Shown in pieces: positions 9,591-19,402 of a stretch of DNA of 64,000 nt (the stretch's first letter is position 1; each line of letters starts with the position of its first letter). The position numbers and the translations under genes are program-made. This DNA is from an uncultured cyanobacterium (lineage in GTDB: Bacteria > Cyanobacteriota > Cyanobacteriia > Pseudanabaenales > Pseudanabaenaceae): the NCBI GenBank assembly GCA_963750795.1, contig CAVVRZ010000018.1, positions 40,245 through 104,244 on the forward strand. Reading direction: 5' to 3'. The notes under the pieces were generated by a model, which did no database searches, was not told where the DNA came from, and saw only the letters and a list, made by a program, of their open reading frames with translations.

Positions 9591-9694
9591 TAAGTAGCTA
9601 GGCGCAATTAAATATAAAACCCTAAAACCTGTGGCGCACGCACAGCGTGCGCCACAGGTTTTAGCTTGAAGTTTTAATTATACCTAGCTACTTA
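9591..9694. mobile_element. MITE family 2, best copy (perfect 12-bp TIR TAAGTAGCTAGG)
   Basis: taagtagctagg at 9591 and cctagctactta ending at 9694. Central perfect hairpin aaaacctgtggcgcacgc aca gcgtgcgccacaggtttt. Confidence 0.75.
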
Positions 9695-10306
9695 TTAGAC
9701 GGTTATTACTACCTATTTAACATGAGTTCGACAAAAGCGCAAAATGGGGAAAATTGCTCTGTACCCCGCATTTTGCGCCATTTGCACCGCACAAAGCACG
9801 GGGAAAATGAGTATATATATCTATGGTCACATGTATTAGAACAAAGTCAAAACCCTAGAAAGCGAGTGGCAGCGCTTTGCACTGCCACTCGCTTTCTAGG
9901 GTTTTATGTCTTAACAAGAATGGCTATGGCTATAGCATTTCTTAGTCTAATAAAGTACAGAGTCATTTCCCCGCCAAAGGTGAGAAAACAACCTCACATA
10001 CCTTGCTTGCTTTAAAAGTACTACATCAAACTCACGTTAATATAGCCAAGCAAGATTTGCTTAGAAAAAGCAACAAAAGGCTAGAGATAGTTCGTGCCAT
10101 TCTTCACCTTTTGTTATTGGATTTATATTAGCTAGCTCTATTTTGATAGAAAATAATTTCACAATATCTTATTATTATTGTTTGTTAATAATTTTAACTG
10201 ATATAAATCTAAATCTAAAAAAAGAAATAAACTTAGAGAAGAAATAAACTTAAAGCAAAAAAGTTAGATCTTCGTAAGTCCTATTATCTGTAGAGAGGAG
10301 ATCATC

Positions 10307-12718
10307 TTGAAGATTTTATTAGTTGAAGATGATGTGCAATCTGCGGCAATACTTTTACAACTACTCGCAGACTCCTATTACACAATTGACGCAGTAACTG
10401 ATGCAAAAACTGCTTGGCAATATGTGCAAACCTACGAATATGACTTGATTATTCTTGATGTGATACTGCCCGATAGTGACGGGATTGGGCTATGTACTAA
10501 GCTACGTAATTCAGGCTATACCAATCCTGTATTGTTGTTGACAGCAAAGGATAGTCCTAGCGATCGCGTGATGGGTTTACAAGCAGGTGCAGATGACTAT
10601 GTGGTTAAGCCCTATAACTCTCAGGAATTAGCAGCAAGAATCCGAGCGTTATTGCGCCGCTACCGTGAGAGCACTCCTCTCATTCAAGAATTTGCTTGGG
10701 AAGACTTACAGCTTAATCTGAGGACAAATACGGTTACTTACAAACAGAAACCTTTACGATTGACGCAAAAAGAATATGGACTATTAGAAATATTTCTTAG
10801 GCATCCACAACAAATATTTAGCCGTAGTGTTTTGATTGATCGCGTCTGGTCGGCGGGAGAGTTTCCTAGTGACGAGGCAGTAACCACACATATTAAGGGA
10901 TTACGTCAAAAGCTGAAGGCGGCAGGATTGCTGACAGATCCCATTGAGACTTTGTACGGGATTGGTTATCGACTTAAATCTGCACCTGTGAATCCATCTG
11001 TGCAAGCAACTACTCAGCCCGTAGCCAGCAATTCTTCGCTTAACGAAAATGAACCTGAATCTATAAATGATGGCAGCATATCACCTCAAAATAAGCTGCG
11101 AGTGCAGGAAGTAATTGCAATCATGTCCAAAAAATTAATGGCTGGCTTACCAGAAACGATCGCCATGTTTCAACAGATCGCGATTAGTTTGAGTCAGGAC
11201 AAATTGGACGTGGATCTGCGCCATGAAGCATATATGCAAGCACATCGACTGATTGCTTCTTTAGGTTCGTTGGGTTTTCCTGAAAGCTCGGCGATCTGCC
11301 GTCAGATCGAGAAGATGCTGCATTATGACTTCCCTTTGGTTAGCTCTAATGCCGATTTGCTAGGGCAGTTGATTACCAAACTGGAACAGATTACCCTCAA
11401 ACCTTCGCCACCTGCTTTTACAGAGCCGCTATTACCATCCCATCATTCTCATGCGGTATTACCTCTATTATTGATTGTCGATGATGATGATTTGTTAGTG
11501 CAAGAGATTGTGCTAGAGGCGGAAACTTGGGGAATGCGGGCGCAAATGGCAGCAGATCTGACAACTGCTAGGGAAAAAATTGCGAAGGAAATCCCTGATG
11601 TAATGCTTTTAGATTTGATGTTTATCAACTCTAACGAGAATGGGTTGACGTTGTTGGATGAGATAATTCAGAAGGAAGTAAAAATCCCTACGGTGATGAT
11701 GGCGGCTTCGGGTGAATTGAGCGATCGCGTAATGGCGGCGCGTAAATGTGGTTACTCATTTATCGAGAAACCTGCTTCTACGGAAGAAATTTTAAATACA
11801 GTGTCCCAGACTCTTTATCAACGCTGTGGCGATCGGTCTAAGGTAATGATTGTTGACGATGATCCAGTTTTGCTCAAAATCCTACGGCGATCGCTAGAAA
11901 GTAAGGAGATTGAAGTCATTACATTACAAAATCCCCAGAAGTTTTGGCAGGTATTAGAATCCACGGCTCCCGACCTCCTGATTTTGGATTTGATCATGCC
12001 AGACTATAGCGGTATTGACCTGTGCCAAGCGGTGCGAACGGCTGCTCTTTGGCATGATTTGCCGATTGTATTTTTATCGGCGCATAGCGATCGCGAAACC
12101 ATTCGGCAATTATTTGTGGCGGGGGCTGATGACTATCTGAGCAAACCTATTGCGGAGAATGATCTATACACCCGTATTCTCAGTCGTTTAGATCGCAGTC
12201 GCCTATCAAGACAATCCGCCGACTTTGATGGTCTCACAGGGATTTATACCCACCGTCGTGGCATCCAAATTTTGACACAACTTTTGCGAATGGCAGCCCG
12301 CAATCAGCAAACGCTCTGCTTAGCAATTTTGGATTTAGATTTGTTTAAGCAAGTAAATGATCACTATGGTCAAAGTATGGGCGATATGGTGCTAAAGCAG
12401 TTTGGCAGTCTGTTACGTCAAAGTTTTCGGGATGAAGATGTAACAATGCGCTGGGGAGGCGAAGAGTTTGTGGTGGGTTTGTATGGTGCAAATCTTCAGC
12501 AAAGTTTAGAGAGATTAAATCTTGTATTGTCAGTATGGCGAGAGGAACGATTTGTCTCTCTGGGTGGAGAGTCTTTTGCGAGTACTTTTAGCGCGGGTGT
12601 AGTGGAATATCCCCAAGATGGGGAGACGCTAGAGACTTTATACCGCAGGATGGATGCAGCATTGTATCAAGCAAAAGCCTCAGGTAGGAGTCGGGTTATA
12701 GCAACAAGTGATCTATAG
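10307..12718 (+). CDS. multidomain response regulator / diguanylate cyclase (REC-wHTH-Hpt-like-REC-REC-GGDEF)
   Basis: TTG start preceded by GAGAGGAG. OmpR-type REC plus winged helix (LTQKEYGLLEIFLRHP...YGIGYRL). Hpt-like AHRLIASLGSLGF. Two further REC domains (LLDLMF and ILDLIMPDYSG). GGDEF domain with RWGGEEFVV. Confidence 0.85.
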   Translation: MKILLVEDDVQSAAILLQLLADSYYTIDAVTDAKTAWQYVQTYEYDLIILDVILPDSDGIGLCTKLRNSGYTNPVLLLTAKDSPSDRVMGLQAGADDYVVKPYNSQELAARIRALLRRYRESTPLIQEFAWEDLQLNLRTNTVTYKQKPLRLTQKEYGLLEIFLRHPQQIFSRSVLIDRVWSAGEFPSDEAVTTHIKGLRQKLKAAGLLTDPIETLYGIGYRLKSAPVNPSVQATTQPVASNSSLNENEPESINDGSISPQNKLRVQEVIAIMSKKLMAGLPETIAMFQQIAISLSQDKLDVDLRHEAYMQAHRLIASLGSLGFPESSAICRQIEKMLHYDFPLVSSNADLLGQLITKLEQITLKPSPPAFTEPLLPSHHSHAVLPLLLIVDDDDLLVQEIVLEAETWGMRAQMAADLTTAREKIAKEIPDVMLLDLMFINSNENGLTLLDEIIQKEVKIPTVMMAASGELSDRVMAARKCGYSFIEKPASTEEILNTVSQTLYQRCGDRSKVMIVDDDPVLLKILRRSLESKEIEVITLQNPQKFWQVLESTAPDLLILDLIMPDYSGIDLCQAVRTAALWHDLPIVFLSAHSDRETIRQLFVAGADDYLSKPIAENDLYTRILSRLDRSRLSRQSADFDGLTGIYTHRRGIQILTQLLRMAARNQQTLCLAILDLDLFKQVNDHYGQSMGDMVLKQFGSLLRQSFRDEDVTMRWGGEEFVVGLYGANLQQSLERLNLVLSVWREERFVSLGGESFASTFSAGVVEYPQDGETLETLYRRMDAALYQAKASGRSRVIATSDL

Positions 12719-12933
12719 CGATCGGCTTGATCTCCTCAGATCAATCTCTTCAGATTGTTCACATTTTTAGTTGTTATCTTTAAGTCTTAGTCAAGCAATT
12801 GATAGCTGTAGTCATACCAAACGCCGTAAGAGTTTCAAATCAAAAAATGGTGTAGCCATTTTTTGATTTGGTATTAGGGAGAGGTGCTAGAACTCCAGTC
12901 TTTTATTAATTGTTCTTTAAGGAATCTTTAAAT

Positions 12934-13362
12934 ATGCAAATATTCGAGCAGTTTTATGAATGTCCTGTTACTGGTCATGAGTCAGCAATTTGGCAGTTAA
13001 AATGCCATCTACAGATTATTTACCACCAGTTTGGACAACAGATTGCGATCGTCTCTGTGCAGAACTGTGAGATTGGCTGGTTTATTCCTTTTCAACTTGA
13101 GCAACTTGCCACACATATAGTTCGAGTGTTTCAGCTTGATCCCGATCATTTAATTTGGATCGAACGCGATCCCCATTACGCTAGCCGCCCCATCAGTACT
13201 GAATATAGCGAGGTTTCATTTAATTGGTATCAAGGAGTTGCCACTAATCCTCAATGGAAAGCAATCACTAATGAATCAATCGAATCTATCAGCCTCCAAG
13301 CACTTACTTGGAAGCATAATTATTTTAATCCTGCCCTAAAAATGGCTCTAGCAAGTGCTTAA
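12934..13362 (+). CDS. hypothetical protein
   Basis: ORF with an ATG at 12934. No recognisable motif. Confidence 0.4.
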   Translation: MQIFEQFYECPVTGHESAIWQLKCHLQIIYHQFGQQIAIVSVQNCEIGWFIPFQLEQLATHIVRVFQLDPDHLIWIERDPHYASRPISTEYSEVSFNWYQGVATNPQWKAITNESIESISLQALTWKHNYFNPALKMALASA

Positions 13363-13426
13363 ACAAACTTCTCATATAGTAATCCTAGATTATTTGTAGA
13401 TTGTAGGATTGCTATTTCATCCAAAC

Positions 13427-13640
13427 AAAAGCGATCGCCTCTAAATTAAAGCCTAATAGACTGAGTGCTATCGCCAAATTATCTACATAAAAATGCGATC
13501 GCCCTCAACTCAATACCTACAGAAAGCGATCGCCTAAATCACAATCCATCAAAAAGCGATCGCCCCTCAACTCAATCTCAACAACCCGCGATCTCTTCAA
13601 ACACAAACCATCAGAAGACGATCCATTCAAACTTCTTTAC
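13427..13640. repeat. degenerate tandem array of 28-37-bp units, each seeded by a HIP1 site (AAAGCGATCGCC-CTCAACTCAAT...)
   Basis: Five to six units read directly, decaying toward 13640. Confidence 0.6.
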
Positions 13641-14119
13641 TTTCCCGAAGATGCTTGTTGTGACCAATTTTCTTGTGCTTGAGACCAAATTTCCATTAAA
13701 CGTTTTGAGAATAACTGAAGACGTTCTGACTCATCTTGCAGATCGGAATATTCTCCAGTACTTTGTAAATACAAGAAAAGGTTGGTCTGACACTCTTGAG
13801 ATATATTACGAGACTGCACCCACATTTTTTGTGAGTTTGTTTGACTCAATAGCGTTGTTGAAAGCGTTGCTAAGCCGCTGATAGCCAAGACTATCCAATC
13901 CAACTGACCAAGTGCTTTACTCGCAGATAAAGCAGAAAGAACGGTTGTACAAACAGCCAAAGCAATACTCGCGAATTGAAGTCTTTTATATTTAACCTTG
14001 TGACGATCAGCACGATTAGCAAAATCTCTGATTAGATGGTCACATTGACGAAGAGCCTGTTGCTTTTTTTCTTCTAATGTCTCCACAGATGATAGTGGGT
14101 TATACCTTTCCATAGTCAC
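13637..14119 (-). CDS. DUF4231 / SLATT-like two-TM protein
   Basis: N-terminal helix, two predicted TM helices (FASIALAVCTTVLSALSA and WIVLAISGLATLSTTLL), and a C-terminal helical region, as in DUF4231. Confidence 0.55.
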   Translation of the reverse strand: MTMERYNPLSSVETLEEKKQQALRQCDHLIRDFANRADRHKVKYKRLQFASIALAVCTTVLSALSASKALGQLDWIVLAISGLATLSTTLLSQTNSQKMWVQSRNISQECQTNLFLYLQSTGEYSDLQDESERLQLFSKRLMEIWSQAQENWSQQASSGK

Positions 14120-14228
14120 TCTTAACTAAAATAGATCGCTTGGAGTAATACTACCGTAGTATATACAAACGTTAGTCCTTCTTTATCATTCTGCTGTTTT
14201 TGTAAAATCAAAATCAAAAAAGTACAAA

Positions 14229-14585
14229 CTAAATACGCCACTGATTGAGCCAACGCACTTGCCCTATCCAATTTTCTGACTCTTCTTCAGATAACAAAAC
14301 ATCTAACGCTACTATCAACTCCGAAAGCGTCCAACTATTCTGAGCCGCAAGAATTATCCCACCATGCTGAGGCTGCTTCTGGTCGAGCGCAATAAAATCT
14401 TTCACATTGAACGTAAATATGGCTCTACCCTGAGCAGTCGATTCGTTTAACTGCACCTCATCACTAGCATCAAAAGGCATCCAACTATTTGGAGTACGAG
14501 TTACATCATGTCCTTTGTCTATTAGAGCCTTATGCAAAGCCTTTTTAGAAGTGTCAGCATCTAAATGGAGCTTTAATTTAGCCAT
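14229..14585 (-). CDS. DUF5615 (Mut7-C/PIN-like) putative toxin
   Basis: MAKLKLHLDADTS...IFTFNVKDF...GGIILA pattern. Overlaps the upstream DUF433 gene by 8 nt. Confidence 0.65.
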   Translation of the reverse strand: MAKLKLHLDADTSKKALHKALIDKGHDVTRTPNSWMPFDASDEVQLNESTAQGRAIFTFNVKDFIALDQKQPQHGGIILAAQNSWTLSELIVALDVLLSEEESENWIGQVRWLNQWRI

Positions 14586-14961
14586 GAATAGCCTCTAATT
14601 CTTGCTCAGAAGCGATCGTCAAATCAACCTGTTCCTTATTTACTGCATAAAATCTCAAAGCTTCTGTTACTTGCTCCTCAGATAAATCGTATTCATTAGC
14701 AATTTGAGCAGTACTCATACCCCACTTGTGAGAAGCGATCGCTAATGTTTGCACCCTTACTCCCGTTCCCTTCACCACAGGAAAAATTTGTCCACTCGTA
14801 CCTTGACGATAAGCAATCAGAGAAAACGATGCTTTAAGTGTACTGACCTTTTCTGTAACCGCCCACAGTACAAACTGATCTAGCGAAATTCCCTGACTCT
14901 GTGCTAACTGCTCGACTTCCTGCTTTAAGCGATCGGGTAAATTTAATGCGTAGGCTGTCAT
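14578..14961 (-). CDS. DUF433 domain putative antitoxin
   Basis: PVVKGTGVRVQTLAIASHKWGMSTAQIANEYDLSEEQVTEALRFY is the DUF433 HTH pattern. Confidence 0.65.
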   Translation of the reverse strand: MTAYALNLPDRLKQEVEQLAQSQGISLDQFVLWAVTEKVSTLKASFSLIAYRQGTSGQIFPVVKGTGVRVQTLAIASHKWGMSTAQIANEYDLSEEQVTEALRFYAVNKEQVDLTIASEQELEAIHG

Positions 14962-15001
14962 AAATTATGCCATTTGATTTATTTCTAGTTTATCTGAATC
15001 A

Positions 15002-15589
15002 TTATTTGTATCGATCTCCAAAAGCCAGCATTGCATCTAACTGAGAATCCATCAACAGACATTGCTCCAAATGCTTAATATCCAAATCAGGCAAACATAA
15101 ACTATGGGAACTCTGCACATAATCCCCATCCTGCAAGCAAAAAACACTAATCTTCCCATCTTCCCAAAACCAAACTTCAGGAACCTCTAGCAATTGATAT
15201 TTTCTGAGCTTAGCGACATTACCACTCGTCACCACCACCTCAATACACAAATCCGAAATCTCTTTCTCTGTATCAAAGTTATAGGACAAATCCGCCTGAA
15301 ATTTGGTGCGTCCTTGCAAAGACTGCGTATAAGCACCAGTAGAAACAAACCGAATACGCTTGATCGTGAAATATGAAATTAACAATGCCCCCAGCAAAGT
15401 ACAGATCATTTCATGCAGTCGTCCAATACCCACAATTTCTAAAACTCCTTCGCAATAAATCAGGCGCACACCATCAATATCTGCAAAAGCAGCCTCTAAG
15501 GCTTGGAACTGCTCCCACGTTACGAACTGCCTAACAATATGTTCGCGATCGCCCTCAGTTAAAGTTTGGATCATGGTTTGGAGACTCAC
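15002..15589 (-). CDS. Uma2 (DUF820) family endonuclease
   Basis: IYCEGVLEIV...ADLSY...IEVVVTSG core, as in Uma2 PD-(D/E)xK proteins. Confidence 0.7.
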   Translation of the reverse strand: MSLQTMIQTLTEGDREHIVRQFVTWEQFQALEAAFADIDGVRLIYCEGVLEIVGIGRLHEMICTLLGALLISYFTIKRIRFVSTGAYTQSLQGRTKFQADLSYNFDTEKEISDLCIEVVVTSGNVAKLRKYQLLEVPEVWFWEDGKISVFCLQDGDYVQSSHSLCLPDLDIKHLEQCLLMDSQLDAMLAFGDRYK

Positions 15590-15727
15590 AGCTTAACGTG
15601 ATGATTTTAACTTGAATTTTTAGATGCTGTAAGGCGATCGCCACCATAATTTCCTCAGATCGCGATCAATGTCACGGTGGTGACTGTAAATTAGTAGTTA
15701 GAACCAAAAGCAAAAGCAAAACTAGAT

Positions 15728-17161
15728 ATGTTTGATGAAATCGCCGATAAATTTGAGGCGGCTTGGAAAAAGTTACGCGGACAGGACAAAATCTCTGACT
15801 CCAATATCCAAGGCGCGATCCGTGAAGTACGCAGGGCGCTATTAGAGGCAGATGTCAACTTACAGGTTGTCAAGGAATTTGTCGAAGAAATCTCTAAACA
15901 GGCTCAAGGTGCTGATGTGATCGCAGGGGTGCGCCCCGATCAGCAATTTATCAAGATCGTCTATGACGAGTTGGTAAAGACGATGGGTGAGGCAAATGTG
16001 CCACTTGCCGAGGCTGATAACGCGCCGACGGTAATTTTGATGGCAGGTTTGCAAGGTACAGGTAAAACAACTGCTACCGCCAAATTAGCTTTGCACCTAC
16101 GCAAATTAGATCGCACTGCCTTACTGGTCGCCACTGACGTATATCGTCCTGCGGCGATCGATCAGTTGATCACCCTTGGTAAGCAAATTAATGTACCCGT
16201 CTTTGACATGGGCGCAGATGCTGACCCTGTAGAGATTGCGCGTCAAGGTTTGGCGAAGGCTAAGGAATTGGGCGTTAATACCGTGATTGTCGATACGGCG
16301 GGACGCTTGCAGATCGATCGCGACATGATGGATGAACTCAAGCGCGTCAAGGATGCGATTAATCCCGATGAGGTACTACTGGTTGTCGATGCGATGACAG
16401 GGCAAGAGGCGGCGACATTAACCCGTACTTTCCATGATGAGATTGGGGTTACAGGCGCAATCTTGACCAAGATGGATGGCGATACCCGTGGTGGTGCGGC
16501 GCTATCGGTGCGGCAGATTTCGGGACAGCCGATTAAATTTATTGGTGTCGGTGAAAAAGTTGAGGCACTGCAACCTTTCTATCCTGAGCGGATGGCTTCG
16601 CGGATTTTGGGCATGGGCGATGTGCTGACTCTGGTGGAGAAAGCTCAGGAAGAAATCGATATCACCGATGCAGCCAAGCTTCAAGAAAAGATTCTCAGTG
16701 CCAAGTTTGACTTTGACGACTTCCTGAAGAATACGCGCATGATGAAAAACATGGGTTCCTTTGGTGGAATGTTAAAGATGCTGCCAGGGATGAAGATTAA
16801 CGATACCCAAATCCAAGAAGCAGAGAAGCAACTTAAACGCTGCGAGTCGATGATTAGCTCCATGACTAAGCAGGAGCGCAAAGATCCCGATCTCATCGCC
16901 AAGAGTCCTAGCCGTAAACAGAGGATTGCCAATGGCTCAGGGCATAAGCTTCAAGATGTGACTAAGCTGGTTGCGGATTTCCAGAAGATGCGAACTTTGA
17001 TGCAACAAATGGGTAAAGGTAATATGCCAAATATTCCAGGAATGCCTAACTTCGGTGGTGGTGGTTTCCCCGGAATGGGTGGGATGGGCAACCAAGCACC
17101 ATCGGGTAATCCTGCCTATGGCAAGAAGAAGAAAAAGAAGAAGGGCTTCGGCGAGTTGTAA
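15728..17161 (+). CDS. ffh: signal recognition particle protein Ffh
   Basis: GLQGTGKTTATAKLA, DTAGRL, TKMDGDTRGGAALS, a Met-rich M domain and a basic tail. Confidence 0.95.
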   Translation: MFDEIADKFEAAWKKLRGQDKISDSNIQGAIREVRRALLEADVNLQVVKEFVEEISKQAQGADVIAGVRPDQQFIKIVYDELVKTMGEANVPLAEADNAPTVILMAGLQGTGKTTATAKLALHLRKLDRTALLVATDVYRPAAIDQLITLGKQINVPVFDMGADADPVEIARQGLAKAKELGVNTVIVDTAGRLQIDRDMMDELKRVKDAINPDEVLLVVDAMTGQEAATLTRTFHDEIGVTGAILTKMDGDTRGGAALSVRQISGQPIKFIGVGEKVEALQPFYPERMASRILGMGDVLTLVEKAQEEIDITDAAKLQEKILSAKFDFDDFLKNTRMMKNMGSFGGMLKMLPGMKINDTQIQEAEKQLKRCESMISSMTKQERKDPDLIAKSPSRKQRIANGSGHKLQDVTKLVADFQKMRTLMQQMGKGNMPNIPGMPNFGGGGFPGMGGMGNQAPSGNPAYGKKKKKKKGFGEL

Positions 17162-17205
17162 AAATACAATTTCGAGCAAAATCTTGAATTTAAGGAGCAA
17201 AACAA

Positions 17206-17667
17206 ATGTCCCAAGCGATCGCACCATCATTAACCCTATACGAGCGTGATCTTGACCTATGGTTTGAGAATGCGATCGCTCAATTAAAGGCAGGTGACTT
17301 CCAAAATCTTGATGTGGAGAACTTAATTGAGGAGTTAGAGGGTTTGACAGGTAGCCATAGACGTGAGGTGGAAAGTCGGCTGATTAGACTGATTGAGCAT
17401 ATTCTCAAGCGATGCTATGTGAAGATGCCTGATTGCTATAGAGGTTGGGAAGTCACAATTATTAACCAACGAGGCAAACTTAAGAGGCTTCTCAAACAGT
17501 CTCCCAGTCTCAAACGTCACTTCTTGCAATCCTTTGATGAGTCTTTTGCCGAGGCTCTAGAGATAGTAAGAACCGAATATGATACGGATTTTCCCGACAC
17601 ATGGCAGTTTAGTCGTGATCTTGACACGATGTTGAGTGCTAAGTTTTGGGAATCAGAACAGTCTTAA
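17206..17667 (+). CDS. DUF29 domain protein
   Basis: LYERDLDLWFENAIAQLKAGDFQNLDVENLIEELEGL is the DUF29 signature. Confidence 0.75.
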   Translation: MSQAIAPSLTLYERDLDLWFENAIAQLKAGDFQNLDVENLIEELEGLTGSHRREVESRLIRLIEHILKRCYVKMPDCYRGWEVTIINQRGKLKRLLKQSPSLKRHFLQSFDESFAEALEIVRTEYDTDFPDTWQFSRDLDTMLSAKFWESEQS

Positions 17668-17690
17668 TCAAATAAGCAAAGGTAAAAACT

Positions 17691-18335
17691 ATGCCACTGT
17701 TGCAGACCAAACCATTACTAGATACATGGATAACAGCCCCTTGGCAAGAATTTGTGAATATTGCCGATGCGACCGATTCCACCAAACTCAAAAGCTACTA
17801 TTACAACGGCAGGATGAGGTTTGAACCCATATCCACAGGCTCTGATCATTCCAATGACCACGCATTAATTCTGTTTGCCCTATCCTTTTTTGCGGCTAGT
17901 CAGCGCATTCCCATGACTGCTAAAGATGGTTGCTCCTATCGCAAAAAAGGATATACAGAATTTCAGCCTGATGCCTCATACTATATTGGCGCAAATGCCG
18001 ATGTTATCCCTTGGGGAACGAGAATCATTGACTTAGATCAATATCCATTACCTGATCTAGTAATTGAAATCTCAGATACTTCTCTTGCCGATGACTTAGA
18101 TGCAAAACGCTTGCAGTATGAGGATTTAGGAATCTCTGAATATTGGATTGTGAATGTGCAAACCATGCAGATTTTCGCCTTTGCTCATGGACAGGACGGC
18201 AGCATTAGAAGGATTCGCGAGTCACTGGTATTAACAGGATTAAAACTAGAAATTCTCGAACAATCTCTCCAACGCAGTCGCCAAGAAAATCAAAGCGCCA
18301 TCACCGCATGGCTAATAGAACAATTTCGTTCTTAA
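17691..18335 (+). CDS. Uma2 (DUF820) family endonuclease
   Basis: PDLVIEISDTS...KRLQYEDLGISEYWIVN signature. Confidence 0.75.
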   Translation: MPLLQTKPLLDTWITAPWQEFVNIADATDSTKLKSYYYNGRMRFEPISTGSDHSNDHALILFALSFFAASQRIPMTAKDGCSYRKKGYTEFQPDASYYIGANADVIPWGTRIIDLDQYPLPDLVIEISDTSLADDLDAKRLQYEDLGISEYWIVNVQTMQIFAFAHGQDGSIRRIRESLVLTGLKLEILEQSLQRSRQENQSAITAWLIEQFRS

Positions 18336-18403
18336 CGGAAATTCCCAAAGCTAAAAGTTAACAGCTAATTCCCAATCCCCAATCCCCAATTACCAAATAA
18401 AAA

Positions 18404-19276
18404 ATGCAACCCAAAATTATCATTCATGGCGGTGCAGGTAGCACTGTTGAAAGTAAAGGCGGCTATGAACCAGTTCGCAAATCTCTGTTTACTGTTTTAG
18501 AAGCAGTCTATCCAATGCTGCTTAATGGCGCTAAGGCGATCGATGCCGTAGTTAAGGCTTGTCAAATGTTAGAAGATGATCCGCGATTTAATGCAGGGAC
18601 TGGCTCGGTATTACAGTCCGATGGACAGATTCGCATGAGTGCTTCGATTATGGATGGCGATCGCCAAAGTTTTAGTGGCGTAATCAATACGGTGCGAGTT
18701 AAAAATCCCATTGATTTAGCGAAGCATTTACAAACCAGCGACGATCGCGTTCTCTCTGATTACGGCTCGGCGGAACTGACGCGCGAGCTAGGGATTCCCA
18801 TTTACAATCCCCTCACCGATGAACGCCTTGCCGAATGGGTGGAGGAACGCAAGACTAACTTCACTCGCAAAATGGCAGATGTGGCAATGGGAACGATCGG
18901 TGCGGTAGTTCTCGATCAATATGGCAATATTTGTGCGGGAACTTCCACAGGTGGACGTGGATTTGAGCGGATTGGTCGAGTTAGCGACTCCGCCACACCT
19001 GCGGGTAACTATGCCACCAAGTCTGCGGGGGTGAGTTGTACGGGGGTGGGCGAAGATATTCTCGATGAAGGCTTTGCGACGAGAGTTGTGGTGCGCGTTA
19101 CCGATGGTATGACCCTTCAGCAAGCCGTTGAGAAGTCAATTAATGAAGCCAAAAGTCGCGATCGCGATTTTGGTGCAATTTGCCTTGATGCTACAGGTGC
19201 GATCGCTTGGGGTAAGACTTGTCCAGTATTATTTGCTGCTTACCATGATGGTGAAAAGATGCAAGATACTCTGTAA
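18404..19276 (+). CDS. isoaspartyl peptidase / L-asparaginase (Ntn hydrolase)
   Basis: IIIHGGAG, FNAGTGS and the autocleavage site GTIGAVVLD. Confidence 0.85.
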   Translation: MQPKIIIHGGAGSTVESKGGYEPVRKSLFTVLEAVYPMLLNGAKAIDAVVKACQMLEDDPRFNAGTGSVLQSDGQIRMSASIMDGDRQSFSGVINTVRVKNPIDLAKHLQTSDDRVLSDYGSAELTRELGIPIYNPLTDERLAEWVEERKTNFTRKMADVAMGTIGAVVLDQYGNICAGTSTGGRGFERIGRVSDSATPAGNYATKSAGVSCTGVGEDILDEGFATRVVVRVTDGMTLQQAVEKSINEAKSRDRDFGAICLDATGAIAWGKTCPVLFAAYHDGEKMQDTL

Positions 19277-19402
19277 AGCAATAAAAGTAGAGAGTAGCGC
19301 AATTACATTTTTGCCGCCCATGACGGCAAAAATGTAATTTTGAATTACCGCGATCGTCATAAACATGAGCTAAGCTCTTCAAGAGGCACAAACTAAAAGT
19401 AT

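Noticed and set aside
9722-10015. 97-aa plus-strand ORF.
   Set aside because: It is built entirely from repeat elements (a family-3 end and the GC-core palindrome at 9849-9905), and its ATG lies inside the TTAACATGAGTTCGAC motif. No coding features.
13427-13640. Is the regularly spaced GCGATCGC-containing repeat block a CRISPR array?
   Set aside because: The units are only ~30 bp with no repeat-spacer alternation. The repeats are degenerate, there is no leader, and no cas genes occur in the window.
13465-13881. 138-aa plus-strand ORF.
   Set aside because: Its N-terminal half is a translation of the HIP1 tandem repeats (KSDRP...). Its C-terminal half is antisense to the better-supported DUF4231 gene.
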